Shown here: one piece after another, positions 16,975-24,657 of the stretch | Layout: the number at the start of each line of letters is the position of its first letter | How positions within the stretch are numbered: the stretch's first letter is position 1 | NCBI GenBank assembly: GCA_044238065.1 | Contig: JBIIDY010000002.1 | Span: forward strand, 1-34,795 | Direction of reading: 5' to 3' | Length of the DNA stretch: 34,795 nucleotides | Origin: Limisphaerales bacterium | GTDB taxonomy: Bacteria > Patescibacteriota > JACMRA01 | Position numbers and translations under genes: made by a program | Notes under the pieces: model-generated | What the model saw: only the letters and a program-made list of their open reading frames with translations | Told to the model about the DNA's origin: nothing | The model's database searches: none

Positions 16975-17421
16975 ATGACTACTCAACTCAACGATAAGCA
17001 AAATGAACTATTAACAGAATTAAAAATTGATCCAAAATCTCCTGATTTAGTGGCGGAAATTACTGCCAAAATTGAAGCTTTAAAAAATAGTCAAAAAACC
17101 GAAATTCGCACCGTTTTGAAATTACCACTGAAACTTGCTCCCTACAAATTCGCCGTTTTACCACTGATGAAAAAGGATGGACTTCGAGAACTTGCCTTTT
17201 CAATCTACACCAATCTTAGAAAACAAGGGATTAGTTGTGATTTTGATGATTCTGGTAGTATTGGCAAAAGATACCGAAGGCAGGACGAAAATGGCACCCC
17301 GTTTTGTATTTGTGTGGACTACGAAACTTTGGAAAATAGCACCGTAACTGTCAGAAACCGAGATACTATGGAACAAACTCGTGTAGCAGTCGCCAACCTA
17401 AAAACCTTTGTGATGAATTAG
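16975..17421 (+). CDS. glyQS: Glycyl-tRNA synthetase C-terminal anticodon-binding domain only; a truncated gene or stand-alone HGTP-anticodon protein
   Basis: LKLAPYKFAVLPL...DDSGSIGKRYRRQDENGTPFCICVDYETLENSTVTVRNRDTMEQTRV matches the class II GlyRS C-terminal domain (IGKRYRRQDEIGTP). The catalytic core is absent, and the upstream 415 bp is stop-rich in all frames. Confidence 0.8.
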   Translation: MTTQLNDKQNELLTELKIDPKSPDLVAEITAKIEALKNSQKTEIRTVLKLPLKLAPYKFAVLPLMKKDGLRELAFSIYTNLRKQGISCDFDDSGSIGKRYRRQDENGTPFCICVDYETLENSTVTVRNRDTMEQTRVAVANLKTFVMN

Positions 17422-17714
17422 GATTTATTACAGGACATATACCCAAAACCATACCAAAACTGATAAACTCCTGTATCCAAAATTCCCACCTTGTATATTT
17501 TCTCTCAAGAAAATGTGTTGAAGCGTGGCTGATGTCTATTCCTGTAAGAAACGGGTTGAACGCAGTGATATGGGGAGTTCTTTAGATTTTTATTGGTTTG
17601 CCTGTCAAAATTAATGTGGGTTTGAGTTTAAAGTAAAAATTGGAAAATTGGAAGAGGAGATTTTGCGCGTGAAAAATGGGGTTGTAGTGGAAGCCACCCT
17701 GTTTCCAGAAAATA

Positions 17715-17846
17715 TTGGAGGAATTTGGCGACGAGGGCATCGCCTCTACAGGGGAATTTGGACACCGCCCACTAGAAACCCAAATTGACGAATTAGTTTT
17801 TGAGATGTGTGAGCTGACAAAGGGTGAAATTTCTGTAATTGTGCAA
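17715..17846 (+). pseudogene. Possible remnant of the C-terminal tail of a type IIG/BREX-type methyltransferase-restriction enzyme
   Basis: ETQIDELVFEMCELTKGEISVIVQ resembles the widespread C-terminal IDxLVYxLYGLTEEEIxIVE tail. The local GC content is higher than the surroundings, and an imperfect hairpin follows (ttgccttgggc...gcccgaaggcaa). Confidence 0.35.
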
Positions 17847-17947
17847 GTTGCCTTGGGCTTGAGTATAAAAAAACCTGCCCGAAGGCAAGTCAAAAACTGT
17901 GCAGAAAATCACAAAAATAGTGTGAAAGCCTGTTGAAAAACAAAAGT

Positions 17948-18418
17948 TTAGCTTTCTTTTGGAGTATCTTTGATTTTGATATTGACAGATTTTGGTTGAG
18001 TTTGTGGCGTTTTGTGGATAATAATGCGTAAAACTCCTCTGTCATATTCAGCCTCTACAGGTTTTTGATGGTCAATTTCTTTTGACAAGACGACGCTGCG
18101 GCGGAAAGATGAAAAAGCTTGCCACTCACGACGGATAAAATTACCAACTTTATTTTCAGAGTCTGCGTCGGTTTCATCGCTATCTTTGACCTCTTCTTGG
18201 TAGCTAATACTCAAAACCTTATCCTCAATTTCCACTTTGAGTAGGCTTGGGTCAATAGATGGAAGGCTCAGGCTTACCTCAAAACTCTCTGGAAATTCTT
18301 GGATGTTGAGAGCTGGGACATAACTGGTTGCGGTACGGCTAAAACTAGAGCTAATCGGGCGAAAAAAATCATCATTAAAAAAAGTGTCCAACATATTATT
18401 AACAAGGCGAGTAGACAT
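17948..18418 (-). CDS. hsp20: Hsp20/alpha-crystallin small heat-shock protein
   Basis: The alpha-crystallin domain pattern is present: PALNIQEFPESFEVSLSLPSIDPSLLKVEIEDKVLSISYQ...FRRSVVLSKEIDHQKPVEAEYDRGVLRIIIHK. Confidence 0.85.
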   Translation of the reverse strand: MSTRLVNNMLDTFFNDDFFRPISSSFSRTATSYVPALNIQEFPESFEVSLSLPSIDPSLLKVEIEDKVLSISYQEEVKDSDETDADSENKVGNFIRREWQAFSSFRRSVVLSKEIDHQKPVEAEYDRGVLRIIIHKTPQTQPKSVNIKIKDTPKES

Positions 18419-18570
18419 AAGATAAAAAAGTAAAATTTAAAAAAATATAGAACTTTGATAAAGTAAAATTTTATGAAAAGTGTCGACAGGTTTTCAAAAA
18501 AATAATAAATTATCAAAATTTTAAGTTACCATTTTTATTGATTATAAAAGTTAAAAGTGGTAACGTTGTT

Positions 18571-18606
18571 ATTATAACATTAGCAATGTATTTTGTCAAG
18601 TGCTAA
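18571..18606 (-). promoter_or_regulatory. Consensus promoter overlapped by a CIRCE-like inverted repeat, upstream of hsp20
   Basis: The minus strand reads TTAGCACTTGACAAAATACATTGCTAA (18606-18580). This has TTAGCA-N15-TGCTAA, the same geometry as CIRCE (TTAGCACTC-N9-GAGTGCTAA). Embedded in it is TTGACA (18599-18594), 17 nt, TATAAT (18576-18571). Confidence 0.5.
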
Positions 18607-19111
18607 TTTTTGGTACATACTTTAAGACAAGATTTGGAAGTCATTTTTTGGAATTGGGTAAAAAGTATTTAGAATAATTTGGACAATTACACTAATTTTG
18701 CTAAACTTAAAATCCCCACTTGCTACGCCCACAACCAGTTTAAAGAGATTACAGCCCCAAAGTTTTGAAAAAGTGTTGATTTTAAGCCAAGAAAAGATAT
18801 TCAGATTTTCTAAATTTTCCAAACCAATTTAAAATTTCACTAAAAAACTTAATTAAAACAAGGCTTATTTACCTTCAGTTAAAAACCAAAAAATAATCGT
18901 GAAAAGTCAGTTACAAATTATTTCTTCGTAAAATTGGCATAAAAAAAGTAAAGCTTGAATTTATTTTGGCGAGATTTTGGTTGGAAATTTGAATTTAATA
19001 AGTTTTATTTGGAGTTTGATAAACTTGGGGTGTGTAAGGTTTAAAGAGGGCAAACTTGCTCCCTCTAAAAAACAAAATTTAGACAATTCCTAGAATTTCA
19101 CTGTTTAGAAT

Positions 19112-20002
19112 TTAGATTTTGTGGTCTAGTCTTTTGCCAAAAAAGATCAAACCACTTGCCAGTTTTGGGTTATTTTCCACTTGTCTAATTTCCCACCTTT
19201 CCAAATCCCTAACAGATTCTTTAAAAGCAGAATCAAATTCTGGCTGACTAATTTTTAGCTCAAAAACTTTGTTAACTTTTTCCTTCCATTGGGTGATTTC
19301 TTGCTTATTTTCAGCATTTTCACTATCTTCACTCCATTTATTTTTAACTAATTTTCTAGTAGATTGCAAAACTTCTTCACTGTTTTTTTTCCATTCATCA
19401 CCAAGCTCCAAATCTTGTAATTTTTCAAAACTCTTTTCAAATTCTGGTAAAAGTTTATTCTGGTCTTCTAGCCCACTAATACAAAATTTATTAATTTGGA
19501 TTTGCCAATCAAAAACTAAATTAACCTGATTTTCCATTTTAAGGTGCCAATCACTTATATTTTGTAAATAATCTTGATTAGTCGTGGTCGTCTTTTTCAA
19601 AAAACTATAACTCTGAAAAAAGGATAAATTTTGAATTTCCTCTTCAGTTTGATGAATTTTAGATTTGTAACTATTTATCTGATCTTGAAAGTTTTGCCAC
19701 TTTAATTTTTGGGTAGAAAGCATTTGAGTAGCCTTATCTTCATTATTTTGGCAAGGTTTGGTAGTGTTTTGCCATTCCATTTTTTGGGTCTCCACCTGCT
19801 CAAAAACATTAAAAATGATAACTTTATACCTGTTAGTTTGGATAATTTCGTTTTCCATCGCTTTGGGGTGAAGTGTGGTTAGCCACATAATTCCGTTCAG
19901 ACAACTCAAGGTCAATGTCAAAAAGATGATAATTTGCCAAACTTGCCAGCTAACCCAGTTGTGGGAAGGTGTGGAATTTTTGACAAGGGAAGATAAAGAC
20001 AA
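19112..20002 (-). CDS. Hypothetical N-terminally anchored protein (296 aa, TTG start)
   Basis: This long ORF has one N-terminal TM segment (VWQIIIFLTLTLSCLNGIMWL) and W/Q/K-rich repeats (KMEWQN, KLKWQN, ITQWKEK). Confidence 0.5.
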   Translation of the reverse strand: MSLSSLVKNSTPSHNWVSWQVWQIIIFLTLTLSCLNGIMWLTTLHPKAMENEIIQTNRYKVIIFNVFEQVETQKMEWQNTTKPCQNNEDKATQMLSTQKLKWQNFQDQINSYKSKIHQTEEEIQNLSFFQSYSFLKKTTTTNQDYLQNISDWHLKMENQVNLVFDWQIQINKFCISGLEDQNKLLPEFEKSFEKLQDLELGDEWKKNSEEVLQSTRKLVKNKWSEDSENAENKQEITQWKEKVNKVFELKISQPEFDSAFKESVRDLERWEIRQVENNPKLASGLIFFGKRLDHKI

Positions 20003-20289
20003 AAAGATAGGTAAAAATGGAAAAAGTTAAAATTTCAAAGTTATGAGAAACAGCCCTGGAAAATAAGGATTTGTTTTCTTTATAATTTCTTTATAAATTC
20101 ATTATATCTCAAAAAAAAGACTCTGTCAAAAAACCAAATTTCCTGTTAAATTTCCTGTTAAATTAATCTAAGAATATCTTTGAAAATAAGTAAAAATACC
20201 TTGAAAACATTTGACAGGAAGGCTTTATACCCAAAAGCCAACTTATATAGTAGTTAATTCATAATTTTCACGCCATTGCGGGCTTCTCT

Positions 20290-20566
20290 GTCATTGCGAA
20301 TGAGTGTAACGAATGGGTGCGGGAACAAAGAGACCAAGCGAGCGTAGCGAACAGACCCAAAGGGAACAGAGGCTAACGAAGCAATCTTCTGGGTCAATGC
20401 GTTTCCCCCCCCCACTACCCCGAATGAGTGTATGGGAACGAAGTGAATAAGCGATAGTGAATGTGGAAAGAGCGACCAGACTAAAGAGAACAGAGTATAG
20501 CGAAGCAATCTTTTTTTAGCTTTATTAAATTTTACCACAAGATCACTTCATTCCATTCATGATGAC
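20290..20566 (+). repeat. GC-rich MITE-like dispersed element, long copy with internally duplicated core
   Basis: It has the same termini as 6570-6708 (gtcattgcgaatgagtg ... tagctttattaaattttaccacaagatcacttcattccattcatgatgac). Two internal ...gaatgagtg...cgaagcaatct blocks replace the single block of the short copy. An extra right-end copy, ttcattcgtgatgac, lies at 20607-20621. Confidence 0.7.
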
Positions 20567-20804
20567 AGCCTGTAGTTTTGTTCTTTACTGGTTAAGTTAA
20601 TTATTTTTCATTCGTGATGACCCTGACCTTTTGGTTTTTCAAGGTTCAAGCTGCTTATATTTACAAACTTTTTTCAAATTGCCAAGTATGAGTTAATGCT
20701 GGGTTGGGCATAGCTTTTCACCTAGTCGCTTCTTTCCCGCAACCCTTCGCAAAGAGGTGATAAAATAATCTAAATAAAATGAACTTCTAGAAAATAAACC
20801 TTTG

Positions 20805-21617
20805 CTACTTCATCTTGCTAATTTTATTTTGCCAGTTGATATTTTTGACTATAATTTTGGTACAATAAATTTCTTTTTGCTCTATTTGATTGACAACCCA
20901 AACCAGATTCAAAACTGTGTTAATTTTGGCAACAAACCATGGGCCTCCCGAAAGATTGAGATTTTGCCTTTGACCAGTGGTGTATAAAAAAGCTCCTTTG
21001 TGACTACCTAAAACCCGATAAACCTCTCCATTTTCCCAATTTTTCAAAAAAACCTGTTTTCTATTTTCTACAATTTGATCCAAAATTTTATCGTAAGATT
21101 CCTGGTTATTAATTATTTCTTGGTTTTTTGGCTTATTTTTGTCAACCTCATCACTATTATTCTCATCATTCTTTTGCCAGTTTTGTTCGCCAAACTTTTT
21201 CAAAAATTCCCAATCAATAGCCAAAATCTGCTTTTTAGTGAGTTTTTTTAGACTTTGTTCCAAAGATTTCATGTCCGAAAAATTTCTAAATTCCAAATAT
21301 TCTTTTTTAGCCTCAAAATCTAATTCCGTTTTGTCATTGGTGTTAATTTTGGTAATAATCAACCCATTTTTTCGCCCGATACTTTCTAGTAACATTTGAC
21401 TAAGCGAAGTCTGCCCCACAAAACAGAGGCCTTGAGAATCTTTCTTGGCAGCCGTAATCAGCCCATTTTCTTCAGCGAATTCACGAACTTTGGCTTTGTT
21501 CTCAAACTCTCCAACTGGTAATAAAATTTTGGAAAGTTGCTCTTTTTTAATTTGCCACAAGAAATAAGACTGATCTTTGGCTGGATCTTTGGCTTTGAGA
21601 AGTTGGTATTTGGACAT
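20805..21617 (-). CDS. mnmA: tRNA 2-thiouridylase MnmA C-terminal portion only (PP-loop ATPase domain missing), with a long low-complexity insertion
   Basis: KDQSYFLWQIKKEQLSKILLPVGEFENKAKVREFAEENGLITAAKKDSQGLCFVG matches the MnmA block KDQSYFL..L....L....FPLG...K.EVR.IA...GL..A.K.DSQGICF. No SGGVDSS motif is present. The ATG at 21617 (MSKYQLLKAK) is the first plausible start. Confidence 0.75.
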   Translation of the reverse strand: MSKYQLLKAKDPAKDQSYFLWQIKKEQLSKILLPVGEFENKAKVREFAEENGLITAAKKDSQGLCFVGQTSLSQMLLESIGRKNGLIITKINTNDKTELDFEAKKEYLEFRNFSDMKSLEQSLKKLTKKQILAIDWEFLKKFGEQNWQKNDENNSDEVDKNKPKNQEIINNQESYDKILDQIVENRKQVFLKNWENGEVYRVLGSHKGAFLYTTGQRQNLNLSGGPWFVAKINTVLNLVWVVNQIEQKEIYCTKIIVKNINWQNKISKMK

Positions 21618-22324
21618 TGGAATTGTGAATTTGGTATTAGATTTTGTCAGAATTTCTGTAACTAAATTTCTGTAGAATTTTGAAAACTGGTTATGTAATT
21701 TTTTACTAAAAAAGACAAAAAAAGATAAATAACTACAATTGGTAAAAAAAACGAGGAAATAGTCAAAAAAGTAATTTTGTGATAATTTCAAATTTTTGGC
21801 TCAAACATTACAATAAATCTAAAAAAAACGTTTTGGATTTAAATAATTCTTGGAGTAAATTGGTTTTTAAAAAATTGGTTTCCAGATATTTTCTAGTAGT
21901 CAAAATGCCAAAAAACCGTGAAATAATTTTGTTAAATTGTCAATTCTTTGAATTTGTTCGTAACGTTTCTATTTACTTTGGTCGCCGATTTGCTTTAATC
22001 TTTCTCTTGGTAATTGCATTCTCGCACCTAGTCTTCTACAGGAATTGCCCAAAGCCAAAAAGCTATTTTCCAAGCCACAAAATATTAAAAAGTTTAGCTT
22101 GAGTTTTGGAATTGAAAGGCAAATTTTATCTTTATTTTGAAACGTTTTGAAATTTTATAGTTTCGTTTTAATAATTATTTTTTGGTTTTCAGCTAGATTT
22201 TATTGATAGTATTTTGACAAAATTTTACCACAAATGTGAATTATTAAGCGTTGTGATTGATAAAACTTGACAAAAATTACAGCTTTGCTTTTGGTTATTT
22301 TATACACAGAATCAAAACATTATT

Positions 22325-22699
22325 ATGGCCATCACACGCAAAATTGACAATAGCTTGGTTGACACAAATCTAGTCACCGATTCCAAAATTCAACCCTTGG
22401 ACGAGAAAAACACCGAAAAAAAAGTTGCAAAAACAGCTCCCAAGTCCAAAAAACCCAATTTTATCTCAACTACAATTGAAGAACTAAGACTGGTTGAATG
22501 GCCAAATCTAGCTTATATCTGGCGATGGGCGAGTGTGATTATTATTTTTACTTTTTTCTTGTCAATTTTTATGGGCGGACTTGACCATATCTTGGCAAAT
22601 AGTATCAAATTTGTTGACTGTAGTTCACCACAATCAGGTAAAAGAACTGTTGGGGAATGTGTCGGTGAATTTGCTAAAAATATAACTGGACAAAAATAA
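22325..22699 (+). CDS. secE: Preprotein translocase subunit SecE (with C-terminal extension)
   Basis: FISTTIEELRLVEWPNLAYIWRWASVIIIFTFFLSIFMGGLDHIL matches the SecE signature (..E..KV.WP.......t..V.......l..lD...). Confidence 0.8.
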   Translation: MAITRKIDNSLVDTNLVTDSKIQPLDEKNTEKKVAKTAPKSKKPNFISTTIEELRLVEWPNLAYIWRWASVIIIFTFFLSIFMGGLDHILANSIKFVDCSSPQSGKRTVGECVGEFAKNITGQK

Positions 22700-22767
22700 T
22701 TCAACTTTTTTCCATTTTTTTTATGGAAGGTTGTCCTAAATTTCATTTCTTTCTTTTTTCGAGCCAT

Positions 22768-22995
22768 ATGTCTAAAAAGTTGCTAACAATAATTTCACTG
22801 ATTTTAGTATTTGTATTTGCTTTTTTTTACTATATTTTTAACGGTGTGTATGTACCAACTTGGCAAAATGAGCATAACAAATGTTTACAAGGCGATGATG
22901 ATATTGCGGCAACTTGCATTAACGAAAAAAGGCAACGGTGGTGGCAATTTGACTTTTTGTATAAAAACAGATTTATTGGCACTCACAAAAACTAA
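22768..22995 (+). CDS. Small hypothetical membrane-anchored protein (75 aa)
   Basis: The ATG at 22768 gives MSKKLLTIISLILVFVFAFFYYIF, one TM helix followed by a Cys-containing tail. Confidence 0.4.
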   Translation: MSKKLLTIISLILVFVFAFFYYIFNGVYVPTWQNEHNKCLQGDDDIAATCINEKRQRWWQFDFLYKNRFIGTHKN

Positions 22996-23036
22996 GAAAT
23001 TTTTGACATGGTTTTTATCATTTTTCCAACATTGTT

Positions 23037-24539
23037 TTGATTTTTAAACTAAATTTTGTATTTCAAATCGGCTTAAAGTTTATAGCAATTGCTTTAGGTC
23101 TTTGGATTTATCGCTGGCAAAATAACTATATTTCCGTTGATGGATTGGCTGATCTTACCAAAATTTCCGCCTACACTGGAATAATACTTGGCATTATCAA
23201 CTTAGGAATTCCACCCACTATCCAAAAATTTTATACTAATAATTTAGCCAATTTTCAAGAAAAAAAACTAAATTTTGCTCACTTTTGGCAGGCTTTTTTG
23301 GTTTTGAGGCTCGTTTCTTATTTGGTGGGAACTGTGGTAATTTTAGTATCTTTCAGGCTTTCCAACACCGAAAACTTATTGTCAATTTTGGGTATTTGGA
23401 CGGCACAATTTATTCTAATTTTGGATCTAAATTTTCGCTCGGTTTGCGACGCTTCTGGTCGTTCTTGGCAGTTTAGTTTGACTGATTTTCTAGGCAAATT
23501 CGTTTTGGTTTGTGGGCTTTTTTTGAAAACTTCTGATTTGGGAGTTTATTTTTTTGGACAAAACCTGCCAAATAACGCGGTCAACTGGTTTATAATTTTT
23601 TCAATTTTGGCTTATTCTGTGGCTTTAGGAGTAGATTTTTGGCTGCAAAGGGATTTGACTTTTTTTGGCAAGGGCAAGGGTTTCAAAGCGATAATTTTAG
23701 AGATACTTTTTGGAATTCTAGGAGTTTTTAAGATTCAAAACTGGCAAATTTGGTTCAAAATCTGGCAAAGTCATTACAAAGAGATATTTTTTTTGGGCGG
23801 GGCGTCTCTGGTGGCAGGCCTTTTTCTTCGCACGGATATTTTATTTTTGGGATTTACCAAGGTTGATAACGTCAGCTTGAACGGCTACAACAACAGCTAC
23901 CGACTTTTTGAAATTGCTTCGGTGATTCCCACCTTGATAGCTCCCGTACTTGCCAGTCAATTCATCCAAAAAATCAATCAGAATAAAACCACCATTACAC
24001 AAGACTTTTCACAAAATTCAGACAACTCACCAAACTTGACTGAAAATAATCCAACAGATAATCAAAATCAACCAAATCCGCTTGATAACTTTTCTAATTC
24101 TTCAAAAACTTCAAAGAATATTCCCAATAATTCCACCAAAAATTTCCAAATTCTCCAGCAGTTTTTACTCCAAATGACATTATTAGGTATTGTTTGTATG
24201 ATTTTAATGTTTACCTTATCGCCGCTGGGTTTATGGCTGATTGATCCCAGAAAACGCTTTTGGACAGAGTCATTATCCGTCATTTTACCTTTATCGTTGA
24301 TTTTGATTTTTAATGGGCTGTCAACGTTTGTTAGCTTTGTGACGGTTTTTTTGGGCAATTCGCATTTTGAGTTGATTTTAAGCTTGGCAAACTTGGGCGT
24401 GGCAACTTTGTTATACTTCCTTTTGATTCCAAATTTTGGGATTATGGGGGCAGCGACGGCGACTTTGGGAATTTATATTTTTGATCTAATTTTCCGTTTT
24501 TTCCTCTTTTGGAAAGTCTGGAAGGGGTGTGAAACTTGA
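23037..24539 (+). CDS. Polytopic MOP-superfamily (Wzx/MurJ-like) polysaccharide or lipid flippase with an internal N/Q/S-rich insertion
   Basis: This is a ~500-aa protein with 12 or more hydrophobic helices, and its size and topology are typical of oligosaccharide flippases. A hydrophilic insert (QNSDNSPNLTENNPTDNQNQPNPLDNFSNSSKTSKN) separates the two halves. The family assignment rests on topology only. Confidence 0.45.
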   Translation: MIFKLNFVFQIGLKFIAIALGLWIYRWQNNYISVDGLADLTKISAYTGIILGIINLGIPPTIQKFYTNNLANFQEKKLNFAHFWQAFLVLRLVSYLVGTVVILVSFRLSNTENLLSILGIWTAQFILILDLNFRSVCDASGRSWQFSLTDFLGKFVLVCGLFLKTSDLGVYFFGQNLPNNAVNWFIIFSILAYSVALGVDFWLQRDLTFFGKGKGFKAIILEILFGILGVFKIQNWQIWFKIWQSHYKEIFFLGGASLVAGLFLRTDILFLGFTKVDNVSLNGYNNSYRLFEIASVIPTLIAPVLASQFIQKINQNKTTITQDFSQNSDNSPNLTENNPTDNQNQPNPLDNFSNSSKTSKNIPNNSTKNFQILQQFLLQMTLLGIVCMILMFTLSPLGLWLIDPRKRFWTESLSVILPLSLILIFNGLSTFVSFVTVFLGNSHFELILSLANLGVATLLYFLLIPNFGIMGAATATLGIYIFDLIFRFFLFWKVWKGCET

Positions 24540-24657
24540 CAATAAATCTTAAACTTTTCACCAATAAGTAGTGAAAAAAAGATAATCTAAAAATTCTAAA
24601 ATAGAGGGCAATAAAATAACTGCTGCGAAATTTGGTGATTTAAAAAAATTATATACT

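Noticed and set aside
18622-18822. 66-aa minus-strand ORF, and 18274-18516 (-)
   Set aside because: The first is short, has no motif and sits in a spacer. The second overlaps the hsp20 start and promoter region.
20131-20165. Short tandem repeats (atttcctgttaa x2 here; taaaatgtctcaaa x2 at 4484-4512) as possible CRISPR or iteron arrays
   Set aside because: There are only two adjacent copies with no spacers. This does not look like a CRISPR array and is too minimal to call iterons.
20254-20538. 94-aa minus-strand ORF
   Set aside because: It lies entirely inside the GC-rich MITE-like repeat. It is open only because GC-rich sequence lacks stops.
21779-22102. 107-aa plus-strand ORF upstream of the mnmA fragment
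   Set aside because: It has a non-ATG start, a low-complexity hydrophobic/basic composition typical of translated AT-rich spacer, and no motif. It is left uncalled.
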